This document shows, in pieces, positions 38,646 through 47,725 of a stretch of 64,000 bases of DNA. This DNA comes from Novosphingobium sp. (GTDB lineage Bacteria > Pseudomonadota > Alphaproteobacteria > Sphingomonadales > Sphingomonadaceae). A program made the translations under genes and the position numbers. The stretch covers positions 4,031 through 68,030 of the forward strand of contig JAIVIY010000001.1 of NCBI GenBank assembly GCA_020200285.1, read 5' to 3'. Position 1 is the stretch's first letter, and every line of letters begins with the position of its first letter. The notes beneath the pieces are model-generated. The model saw nothing but the letters and a program-made list of their open reading frames with translations. It ran no database searches and was not told the DNA's origin.

Positions 38646-39497
38646 ATGGACACGCTTTCCGTCGCCGCGCTCCAGCTGCCGCTCAACGCCCCGGACGAGG
38701 CCGACAACATCGCTGCTGTCGCAGCGCTGGTCGAGGATGCCGCGGCGCGCGGCGCGAAGATCGTGCTGCCCCCCGAGCTGTTCGCCGGCCCGTATTTCTG
38801 CGCGGTCGAGGACGAGGCGCGGTTCGCACTCGCCCGCCCGCTCGGCGAAAGCGCTTCGGTGCGCGAGATGCAGCGGCTGGCCAAGGCGCTGAACGTCGCG
38901 ATTCCGACCAGCTTCTTCGAGCGCGACGGGCATCACTACTACAATAGCCTGGCGATGATCGACGCGGGCGGCGAGGTGCTCGGCGTCTACCGCAAGAGCC
39001 ACATCCCCGACGGGCCGGGCTACGAGGAGAAGTACTACTTCCGCCCCGGCAACACCGGCTTCAAGGTGTGGGACGTGTGCGGCGCGACGATCGGCGTGGG
39101 GGTGTGCTGGGACCAGTGGTACCCCGAATGCGCGCGGGCGATGGCGCTGCTCGGCGCCGAAATGCTGTTTTACCCTACCGCGATCGGCTCCGAGCCCTAC
39201 GACCCCGATTTCGACACCAGCCGCATCTGGCGCCGGGCGATGCTCGGGCACGCGGCGTCGAACTGCCTGCCGGTGATCAGCGCCAACCGCATCGGTGAGG
39301 AGCATGGCCAGCGGTTCTATGGCCACAGCTTCATCTGCGACCAGTGGGGCGATTTCATTGCCGATTGCGGCCGCGAGGAAACCGGCGCGCTGGTCGCCAC
39401 GCTCGACCTCGCCGCCGCGCGGCGGCATCGCGCGGGGATGGGCTTCTTCCGCGACCGCCGGCCCGAGCTCTACCGCCGCCTGGTCGAGGACGTCTGA
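38646..39497 (+). CDS. aguB: N-carbamoylputrescine amidase
   Basis: Nitrilase triad: PELF..PYFC, YRKSHIPDGPGYEEKYYF.PG, GVCWDQWYPE; YPTAIGSEP. Confidence 0.93.
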   Translation: MDTLSVAALQLPLNAPDEADNIAAVAALVEDAAARGAKIVLPPELFAGPYFCAVEDEARFALARPLGESASVREMQRLAKALNVAIPTSFFERDGHHYYNSLAMIDAGGEVLGVYRKSHIPDGPGYEEKYYFRPGNTGFKVWDVCGATIGVGVCWDQWYPECARAMALLGAEMLFYPTAIGSEPYDPDFDTSRIWRRAMLGHAASNCLPVISANRIGEEHGQRFYGHSFICDQWGDFIADCGREETGALVATLDLAAARRHRAGMGFFRDRRPELYRRLVEDV

Positions 39498-40039
39498 CGC
39501 ACCGCTACCTGATCGCGCTCGGCGGCAACCTCCGCCACCCCCGCCACGGCGCGCCGCCCGGTGTCCTGCGAGCGGCGCTCGCCGCGCTGGCAACCGGGCC
39601 CGAGCTGGCGCTCGAAGCCGCCTCCCCGATCCTCGCCAGCGCGCCGCTCGGCCCGTCGCGCCGCCGCTACGCCAACGCGGTCGCGATCGTCGCCAGCCGG
39701 CTCGATCCGCCCGGGCTGCTGGCCCGGCTCCAGGCGCTCGAAGCGGAGTTCGGGCGCCGCCGCCGCGGCCGCCGCTGGGTGGCGCGCACGCTCGATCTCG
39801 ACATCGTGCTGTGGAGCGGCGGGGCGTGGGCCTCGCCCGGGCTGACCGTCCCGCACCGGGCGTTCCGCCACCGCGGCTTCGTCGTCGGTCCGGCGCTGGC
39901 GATCGCCGCGACCTGGCGCGATCCGCTGACCGGCCTGACCTTGCGCCAGCTCGCTGCGCGCTTGACCCGCCCCAGCCCCGCCCGTAACGCCGCACCCGAG
40001 CGGGCCCTTAGCTCAGTTGGTAGAGCAACTGACTTTTAA
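39494..40039 (+). CDS. folK: 2-amino-4-hydroxy-6-hydroxymethyldihydropteridine pyrophosphokinase
   Basis: YLIALGGNL, YANAV, E..FGR.R..RW.ARTLDLDI, LTVPH...R.FV..P. Probable CTG start; the frame runs into tRNA-Lys. Confidence 0.9.
   Translation: MTHRYLIALGGNLRHPRHGAPPGVLRAALAALATGPELALEAASPILASAPLGPSRRRYANAVAIVASRLDPPGLLARLQALEAEFGRRRRGRRWVARTLDLDIVLWSGGAWASPGLTVPHRAFRHRGFVVGPALAIAATWRDPLTGLTLRQLAARLTRPSPARNAAPERALSSVGRATDF
39962..39990 (+). promoter_or_regulatory. Sigma70 promoter of tRNA-Lys, inside folK
   Basis: TTGACC-N17-TAACGC, 11 nt before the tRNA. Confidence 0.55.
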
Positions 40040-40077
40040 TCAGTAGGTCGCTGGTTCGAATCCAGCAGGGCTCACCA
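40002..40077 (+). tRNA. tRNA-Lys (TTT)
   Basis: 76 nt cloverleaf: GGGCCCT/AGGGCTC acceptor, ACTGA-CTTTTAA-TCAGT anticodon arm, GGTTCGAATCC, encoded CCA. Confidence 0.97.
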
Positions 40078-40271
40078 CGCAGTTGTCGCGAAATCCGGCA
40101 TTCGTAGGACGGCCGAGACTAAGTCCAGAAAGTCGCGCATTTCCGCCACATCCTCGCAGGCGGCGCACCGCCGACTGTGGACAGAGACACTTTGGCATCG
40201 GTCACCTTCCCGCAACTGGCACAGATTCTCCGCGTCCGAAAATGCGTCCTAAAAGTCTTTGAGTGGCTAAA

Positions 40272-40574
40272 CGGCAGCTGGTCCGGCGTTTCGACCGCGC
40301 ATGGGCCGGCAATGACCGCGAGCGAGGCTCCGCCGATCGCAACTTTTCCGATCCGGACAATCGTGTCGTGGGGGTGGAGCTCGCGGCTGACCAGCTTGTA
40401 GGGCGCCAGGATCGGCTTCACCGATTCCACATCGGGATCGCTGTCCAGCGACAGTTCGGCTAGCACGCGCTCGTCGCCGAGCGCACCCAGCACAACCCGT
40501 TCGGATCCAGGCATGTGAAGCGGCTGCAGCCCTGCACCGGAGATCCGGGCCAAAAGGCGCTCGGGACCAGCCAA
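40272..40574 (-). pseudogene. Fragment of a class I-beta DAHP synthase
   Basis: GLQPLHMPGSERVVLGALGDER...VESV.PI.APYKLVSRE...T.V.IG.V.IGG..L.VIAGPCAVE..Q; lacks the first residues and nearly the whole catalytic barrel. Confidence 0.8.
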
Positions 40575-40580
40575 GGGCAG

Positions 40581-42321
40581 CTACCGAACTTCTGTATAGA
40601 TATATTCGTGCTGGCTGTCTCGAATGGTAAGCGTCCGCGCCCCGTTCTGATTGCCGACCAGCGCGTCGACGCCGATTGCGCCGGGGCCGATCGAAACGAT
40701 CGAGATGCTGCCGTCGGGATTCGTCCGCGTGGCCAGCGGACCTTCGACGAAACCGGCCTTGAGCCATTTGGTGCCGTCTTGATCGCTTATGGTCACCGTA
40801 CCGACTTCAGGGTTGCGATAGTTCGCCGCCAAGCTTGCGAGAACGACTGTGATAGCCGAGCAAGGTCCCGCCGTGCGTGACAACAGGAACGCCCCAGGCA
40901 ACCCGCTCGAACAGGCCCATTCCATACCAGCTGTCCTCACCCACGGGAACGCCCCTCTTGCGGCGTTCGACCAAATTCGCTTCGCTCACCAGCCGCTTGC
41001 CGTCGGGAGTCAGCCCCTTCGATATTTCGAGCTGCGCGTAGCGTGCCATGTCGGCGGCGGTCGACCAGGCTCCGCCAGCTGGCCTGTGGGGATACACCGT
41101 ATAGTTGAAGCCGTTCGGGATCACCATCATCCTGCCATCCACATCAAGCCCGTGCGGCCGCGCCCAGTTTCCGCGTGCTCCCTCCTCAAAATCGAAGGTC
41201 GTGTTGCGCATCCCCAAGGGCTCGAAGATCCGGGTCTCCATCGCCTTGTCAAAGGCGGCGCCGATTTCGAGCTTCGGATAGGCGAGCGCGCCTCCAAGAT
41301 AACCGGCCGCCGACGCCATCAGGTTGTTGTACTGGAACAGTTCGCCAAATCCGCTGGTGGGTTGCGTCGTCCCGAGTTGCCGGAAGGTGTCGGTGGCCGG
41401 TGCTCCGCTGTCGGCAAGGATGAACGCATAATCCTTGCGGGGCAGGCCGGTGCAGGCGCAGACAAGGTGGCGGACGAGGGTCGATTGGGTGGTGGCGTCG
41501 CTGCCCAACCGGAATGAAGGGTAGAGCTGGGTAATTGGCTGGTCCCAGCGAAGCTTGCCTTCGTCGGCGAGCACCGACAGCAGAAGCGTCGACATCCCCT
41601 TGGTATTGGAGGCGATCATGAACTTGGTATCCTCAGTGACCGGCTGCGTAGAGCCGAGCTCGCGGACACCGACTCCGCCTTGCCAGACGACCTTGCCTTG
41701 ATCGATGAATGCGATGCCGACGCCCGGCACTTCGAGAGCGCGCGCCGATTCCGTGACGAAATCGCGCAAGGCCTGGATGCGATCGGGAGTCAGCCGGTGC
41801 GGCGACTTGCCCGCAAAACTTTCGCGCTCATATCCCGCGGGCCGCAGGCTCTGCTGGATGATCGAGGCGGCTGCGGAGCGTTTGCCGAAGGTCGCTTCCG
41901 CACCATCGGCGATCATCACGGTCCATGAGTCCCCCTTCCTCAGCGCCAGCGCCCCCACCACGGCCCTTTCATTGGGTGATGTTTCATAGTCGATATTCAC
42001 GCGCTCGTCCCAGCCCTCGCCAGGCGTGCCCGAGGTTACCAGCCGCACCTTCCGCGCCACGTCCGGCTTATAGAGCGACCACGCCTTTGCCGCGGCCGCC
42101 TGCGCTCCCGACGCGTTCCTGGCATCGATGACCGCGATGCTCAGATTGGCTTCCGGCGCGACGAAGATCGTCGCCGCTCCTCTGGTCGTCGTCGTCCAGT
42201 CCTTAGGCTGCGTATAGGCTACGCCGGAGGGAGTCTTGCCGGGCGTGTCCGTCGCGACCGGGGCCTGGGCGAGCAGCGCAGCCGGAAGGCTGAGCAGGGC
42301 GAGGGCAAGCATCGATTTCAT
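40581..42321 (-). pseudogene. Exported serine hydrolase 1 (beta-lactamase/peptidase S12 family) with extra N-terminal domain; deletion and frameshift near 40846
   Basis: Signal peptide, F.IASNTK (SxxK), FQYNN (YxN), THGG. The C-terminal domain continues in another frame (LASLAANYRNPEVG...HEYIYTEVR). Confidence 0.85.
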
Positions 42322-42434
42322 GGCAACCTCATCATTGAACCATCGACCTGTTGGTCTTGGTACGGCGGGCGCCTACGCAGGTGCGTAGGGGAAGAAAAAT
42401 CGGAATCGAATCCGCACGTTTGGCCCGAGGGGAA

Positions 42435-42463
42435 ATAATCGTCTTGAAAAGAGAAAACGTCAA
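42435..42463 (-). promoter_or_regulatory. Sigma70 promoter with island operator in the spacer
   Basis: Minus strand TTGACG-N17-GATTAT; CGTCT-TGAAAA-GAGAA at 42440-42455. Confidence 0.65.
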
Positions 42464-42531
42464 TATGGCGCCGCCGATGCGGCTTCATTTGCGCTTGGCC
42501 CTTCCAGAGAGAAGCCTTTTTGCTCGATTGG

Positions 42532-42562
42532 AAGGGCGGCCGGATGTTCTGACCGCCCTTTT
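42532..42562. terminator. Hairpin terminator downstream of serine hydrolase 2
   Basis: AAGGGCGGCC-GGATGTTCT-GACCGCCCTTTT. Confidence 0.6.
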
Positions 42563-42570
42563 GCAGCGGG

Positions 42571-44175
42571 TCAGTCGATGCGCTTTGCCTCGTAGACGCC
42601 GGAGGCGTCGGTCAAGGTCATGGCGGTCGCGCGGCCGGATGCATCGGTCTTGAAGGCGAGGCGGGCATCGAGGCGACGCGAGTGGACGAATTCGCCGCCC
42701 AGGCTCGGAATCAGATCGGCCGGCGCGCCGCCTTTGGCGAGATAGGTCAGCTTCTTGCCGGCGAGCGAGATGCTGAACGGGTTCCCGGCCAGCTCATAGG
42801 TGCCGGCAAGGTTGCGGAGATAGGCGGGATCGGTGAGCCTGGCGTCCGGCTGCTTCTTGAACATGACGGGCGCGACCGTTGAGTCCATGACCACCGACAC
42901 CGCCGAGATGCGGCCGGCGAGGTCGCTGACGAACTGGACGCGGCTGTCGAGCCACAGATTCTGGACATCGGCGGTGGCCGCGTCGAACACGTCATAATGC
43001 CAGTGGGAGAGCGGCGAGCTGTCGTCATTGTAGCGGCCGACGAGTTGATTGCCCTTCGCTTGCACGGTCAGCTTTCCATAGCCGGGATCGAAATAGTCGC
43101 CGGCATAATCGGCAAGCGCGTGGCTCGGCTGGGTGCCGGCGACGCGGCTGCCGCCCTTTTTCTGGCGGGCCGCAACCTCGGAGGCCTCGCCGCCCAGCTT
43201 CCGCGTGAGCGCCTCGCCCGTCCAATCCTTGCCGGAGGCGCCGAGGAAGCGATCGATAATGGCGCGGGTCATCGCATAAGGAAGCTCAGAGCCGCCGTGA
43301 TTGACCAGCACGGTAACGCCGAGTCGCTGCTCGGGGATGAGGGCGACGAGCGTGCTGATGCCGGGAAGGTTGCCGCCGTGCGAAATCATCCCCTGGCCGC
43401 GGTAGATGTCGGTGAACCAGCCGAGGCCGTAGCCGGTCGGCACAATCTCCGCATCGCGGACCGTGGCGCCCGTCACCATCTGGGTGCGGTGCATGTCGGC
43501 GAGCGTGGCGGGCTGGATGATCTGCTTGTCCCCGAACCGGCCGTTGGAGAGATGGACGAGCATCCAGGCGGCAAGATCGTCGGCGGTCGAATAGACGCCG
43601 CCCGCCGGGTTCAGGATCTTGGTGTTCTGGAACATCGGCACGTTCACGGCCTTGCCATTCAGCACCTCGCGGCCGCCGATATGGTTGGCGTCGGCGCGCG
43701 CCCGCTCGGGCGAAAAGGTCGAGCGCTCCATTCCGAGCGGCGCGAAGACCCGTTTCTCAAGGAAGCCTTCGAAGCTGTCGCGCGACACTTTCTCGATCGC
43801 AAGTCCGGACAGAACGAACATGTTGTTATTATACTGCCACTTGGCGCGGAGCGGTGCCGAGGGCTCCAGGTGCGGCATCCGCGTCACCAGCGCGTCGGGG
43901 GTCAGCGCCGCATTATGATACCAAAGCCCGTCGTGCCGCGGCAGGCCCGAGCGGTGGGACAGCATGTCGCGAAGCGTGAGGCCGGAGGAGGCGGCTGGGT
44001 CCCTGAAGGCGAGGCCAGGCAGATAGGTGACGACCGGCGCGTCGAAGCTCATCCTGCCTTCGTCCCCGAGAAGCGCGACGCCGAAGCTGGTGAAGGCCTT
44101 GGACATGGAAGCGATCGGGAAGACCGTGTCCTTGGTCATCGCCTTGCCGGTCGAGGGATCGCGCACCCCATAGCA
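42571..44175 (-). pseudogene. Serine hydrolase 2 (S12) with DUF3471-like and extra C-terminal domains; N-terminus missing
   Basis: F.IASMSK, LRDMLSHRSGLPRHD, WQYNN, SHGGN, YAGDY.DPGYG, L.HWHYDVF. Homology begins at YGVRD with no start codon, signal peptide or VPG motif. Confidence 0.85.
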
Positions 44176-44250
44176 CAAGCTGCTATCATTGATTCGACCG
44201 GCAGCAGAGGACAGAAAGTCATAACGGACGCAGCCCTCCGGACGAGCCGT

Positions 44251-45744
44251 TTGCTGGCGGGAAATCGCAAATTCCGACCGCTCCTCCTTTTGACACTGCT
44301 GTTGTCGGGTGGTTGCGTGGCCGGTCGCGAAGTGGTCGCGTCGGCCCGGCCCGTCGCGTCGTTCGAAAACGGGCTGCGCCGCAGCGTCATGAGCGTAGGC
44401 GCGCCGCCCGAACGGCTTCGGCTGTCGGATCGCATGATCCATTACAAGGTTCCGGGCGTGAGCGTCGCCATCATCGAGGGCTGCAAGGTCGCACTCGCGC
44501 GGGGCTTCGGCGTGAAGGGCGAGGGGGGTGGCGCGGTAGCCGCGGATACCCTGTTTCAGGCCGCTTCGATCAGTAAGCCCGTGGCGGCCCTCGGCGCCCT
44601 TCGCCTCGTCGAGCAGGGCAAGCTGACTCTCGACACCGACATCCGGACCAGGATGCGGGGTTGGACGCTTCCCGAGAACGACCTGATGCGCGGTCATCCT
44701 GTCACTCTTCGCGGTCTGCTCAGCCACGGCGGGGGACTAACGGTGCATGGCTTCGGCGGCTATCCGGCGGGCGATTCGGTTCCGACAGTCGCTCAGATTC
44801 TCGACGGCCTGCCGCCAGCCAATTCGGCGCCCGTGCGCGTCGACAAGGCGCCGGGCTCGGGCTGGCGCTATTCAGGCGGTGGTTACACCGTCGCGCAGCT
44901 CCTCATGACCGAAGCGGCCAATCGGGATTTCGCCGGCCTGATGAAGCGCCTGGTCTTGGGGCCGCTCGGCATGGCGCAGAGTACATATCAGCAGCCGCTC
45001 CCGGCCGCGTGGGAGCCGCGGGCGGCGCGTGGACACGTCCCCGACGGGACAATGGTCAAAGGCAGATGGCACACCTATCCCGAGCTGGCGGCGGCGGGCC
45101 TGTGGACGACGCCGTCCGACCTTGCACGGTTCGCGATCGACGTCATTCAAGCTGATCGCGGCCAGAGCGATGCGATCCTCAGTCCGCGAATGGCAGACGA
45201 CATGTTGCGCAAGCAAACCGGCGACTTTGGTCTCGGCGTCGCGCTCGGCGGCGAGGGCGAGGCCCGCTCCTTCAGCCATGGCGGCGCCAATGCGGGCTAT
45301 CGGGCTCAGCTCCTGGCGTTTCCTGAGACGTGCCAGGGTGCGGTGGTGATGACCAATTCGGACAATGGCGGCCCTTTGATCACCGAAGTGATGCGCGCTC
45401 TCGCCGACACTTATGGCTGGCCGGACGCGATGAAGTCCCGGGAAGTGACCAGGGCGCGGCTCGACAGGGCGCAGCTCTCGCACTTTGTCGGAGCCTATCA
45501 GCTGACGCAGAATCCCGACGTCAAAATCGATATAGCCGAGGATGGGTCCGGGGGGATCGACCTGAGCCTGTCGGGTGGTCCCCGCAAGGAGCTTTGGGCC
45601 GAGTCGCCCACGCGCCTCGTTTCGCCCGACGACGGCATCGCTATCGAGCGGACCGGCGATCCCGGCACGGCCGCCCAGGCGTTGACGGTCGAAGTGTCGG
45701 CCACAACACGCTATGAAGCGAAACGGGTTACGCCGCCGCAATAG
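44251..45744 (+). CDS. Exported serine hydrolase 3 (S12), YSG variant, possibly a lipoprotein
   Basis: Probable TTG start, hydrophobic leader ending SGGC, VPGVSVAII, FQAASISK, WRYSGGGY, AAAGLWTTPSDLA, SHGGANAGY. Confidence 0.88.
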   Translation: MLAGNRKFRPLLLLTLLLSGGCVAGREVVASARPVASFENGLRRSVMSVGAPPERLRLSDRMIHYKVPGVSVAIIEGCKVALARGFGVKGEGGGAVAADTLFQAASISKPVAALGALRLVEQGKLTLDTDIRTRMRGWTLPENDLMRGHPVTLRGLLSHGGGLTVHGFGGYPAGDSVPTVAQILDGLPPANSAPVRVDKAPGSGWRYSGGGYTVAQLLMTEAANRDFAGLMKRLVLGPLGMAQSTYQQPLPAAWEPRAARGHVPDGTMVKGRWHTYPELAAAGLWTTPSDLARFAIDVIQADRGQSDAILSPRMADDMLRKQTGDFGLGVALGGEGEARSFSHGGANAGYRAQLLAFPETCQGAVVMTNSDNGGPLITEVMRALADTYGWPDAMKSREVTRARLDRAQLSHFVGAYQLTQNPDVKIDIAEDGSGGIDLSLSGGPRKELWAESPTRLVSPDDGIAIERTGDPGTAAQALTVEVSATTRYEAKRVTPPQ

Positions 45745-45754
45745 CGCGAGTGCA

Positions 45755-47482
45755 TCACCCCTTTAGCCGGCACGCGCCGCCATCGGGCCAGCCGGTCCAT
45801 CCCGGCCCTCGCACGAAGCGGCCCGGCTTCGCGCCTGTGTGCTCGCTGTCCTTCAATACCTGCACACCATTGACGAAAACGTCGCGCACCCCGGTCGCGA
45901 ATTGTTGCGGCCGCTCGAAGGTGGCATGGTCCTTGATCGTGGCCGGGTCGAATATGACGACGTCGGCGAAGTGGCCCGGCTTCAATGCGCCGCGGTCACG
46001 CAAGCCGAGATTGGCGGCGGGGAACGAGGTCAGCCGGCGGATCGCGTCGGGCAACGTTGCGGCCTTCTGGTCGCGGACATAATGGCCGAGCAGCCGTGCG
46101 ACATTGCCATAGGCGCGCGGGTGGGTGCTAGACTTCAGGAACACGCCTTCAGGCGCCGACGCTTCCGCGTCCGAGCCGAAGCTCATCCATGGCAGCCCGA
46201 CCTGGCGGCGGACATTGTCCTCCGACATCAGGAAATAGGCGACGTCCACACGGCTGCCATCCTCGATAACGAGGTCGATCGCGGTTTCTTCGGGACTCTT
46301 GCCCCTGAGCTTCGCCACCTCGGCCAGAGTTTTGCCGGTCAGCGGCTTGAGCGCTTCGTTCTTGAAACCGATCAGCAACGTGTTCTCCGCTCCGCCAGCG
46401 AGCAGAAGCAGATTCTCCCACTTCTGCTGCGGCGTGCGCATTTCCTGGACGACGCGCGCGCGAATCACGGGATCTTTCAGACGCTCGGCCCATGCCTCGA
46501 AGCCGCCGTCCTGCACCCATGGCGGCATCGAACCGTTAAGACCGGTCGCCCCCGCCGTATAATTGTACATATCGACGGTGATGCGCTGCCCGCGCGCACG
46601 GGCAGCCTCGACGCGTGCGATGACCTCGTCGAGCTTCCCCCAATTCTTCTTCCCCGCCATTTTCAAATGATAAATTTCAGCTGGCGCGCCGGACTGGCGG
46701 CTGATTTCGATCAGTTCGTCGATCGCCTCAAGCAGCCGATCGCCTTCGGAGCGCATATGGCTGATATACATGCCGCCGCAGCGCCCGGCCTCTTCGGTCA
46801 GCGCCACCAGCTCGGGGGTTTCGGCATAAGAGGCGGGCGCGTAGATCAGCGACGATCCGACTCCAAGCGCGCCTTCCTCCATCGCCTGCCGGACAAGCGC
46901 CCGCATCCTTGCAAGCTGCGCCGGGGTAGGATCGACGTCGCGCTCGCCCAGCTCATGGATTCGCACCGTCGTCGCGCCGATGAAGGATGCGACATTCGGG
47001 CTGATCCCACGCTGCTCGAGAAAGCTCAGATATTCGCTCAACGTGGTCCAGGTGATCGGGAATTTGATGTCGCCCTGGCGTGCCTGCGAAAGCTGCTTCA
47101 TCTCGGGGTTGAGCGGCCCCATCGACCAACCCTCGCCGAACACCTCAAGCGTGACCCCCTGCCGCAGGTCACTCATAGCCTCCCCGTGAACGATGAGACT
47201 CTCGGTCGCCCAGCTGAGCATGTTGATGAAGCCGGGCGTCACAGCGTGGCCACGCGCGTCGACCTCGCTGCGGGCGCTTCCGGCGATCGACGGCGCGATT
47301 GCGACGATCCGATCCTTTTCGATGGCGACGTCGGCGACGAAAGGCTGGTTTCCCGAACCGTCGTAGACAGTGCCGCCACGGATCAGGACGTCGTAACGCG
47401 GGCCTTGAGCAATCGACCCGCCGCCTGTCGCGCAGCCGAGCAGAAGGCTGGAGGCGGCTACACAAAACAGTGCTTTCTTCAT
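45755..47482 (-). CDS. N-acyl-D-amino-acid deacylase (D-aminoacylase) family lipoprotein
   Basis: Lipobox LLGC, GG.VYDGSG, PGFINMLSW, QGVT, SHMRSEG, IYHLK, FGSDA, HPRAYG, G..ADVVIFDP, VFVNG. Confidence 0.9.
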   Translation of the reverse strand: MKKALFCVAASSLLLGCATGGGSIAQGPRYDVLIRGGTVYDGSGNQPFVADVAIEKDRIVAIAPSIAGSARSEVDARGHAVTPGFINMLSWATESLIVHGEAMSDLRQGVTLEVFGEGWSMGPLNPEMKQLSQARQGDIKFPITWTTLSEYLSFLEQRGISPNVASFIGATTVRIHELGERDVDPTPAQLARMRALVRQAMEEGALGVGSSLIYAPASYAETPELVALTEEAGRCGGMYISHMRSEGDRLLEAIDELIEISRQSGAPAEIYHLKMAGKKNWGKLDEVIARVEAARARGQRITVDMYNYTAGATGLNGSMPPWVQDGGFEAWAERLKDPVIRARVVQEMRTPQQKWENLLLLAGGAENTLLIGFKNEALKPLTGKTLAEVAKLRGKSPEETAIDLVIEDGSRVDVAYFLMSEDNVRRQVGLPWMSFGSDAEASAPEGVFLKSSTHPRAYGNVARLLGHYVRDQKAATLPDAIRRLTSFPAANLGLRDRGALKPGHFADVVIFDPATIKDHATFERPQQFATGVRDVFVNGVQVLKDSEHTGAKPGRFVRGPGWTGWPDGGACRLKG

Positions 47483-47653
47483 GGGACTATCCTCCACCGG
47501 CATCATACTGCTTCGCGCTGGCAGTTTCGGCGCGGCGGGATCGTTGCCCCCCGATTGCCTCGCTGCAAACAATCTTTTGCTTCACTACGGCCTTAAGCCC
47601 CCGGCGGTCAAACATATCGAATGTTGACGAGAAGGGTCGCTTGAGGTTGATAA

Positions 47654-47669
47654 TGTCCCAAGCAGGACA
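47654..47669. promoter_or_regulatory. Island operator palindrome between divergent genes
   Basis: TGTCC-CAAGCA-GGACA with perfect 5-bp arms, abutting a GATAAT -10-like hexamer. Confidence 0.65.
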
Positions 47670-47725
47670 GCGAGTCTCTGCAATGATGCTGTCAGAGCGA
47701 CAGCGACCAAAATAAGGGAAATGAT

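Noticed and set aside
40078-40270. Integrase gene next to tRNA-Lys
   Set aside because: No tyrosine or serine recombinase motifs in the short frames here.
42571-45744. 718-aa and 915-aa ORFs appearing to overlap head-to-head
   Set aside because: The extensions are antisense read-through of each other; homology starts near 44175 (minus) and 44251 (plus).
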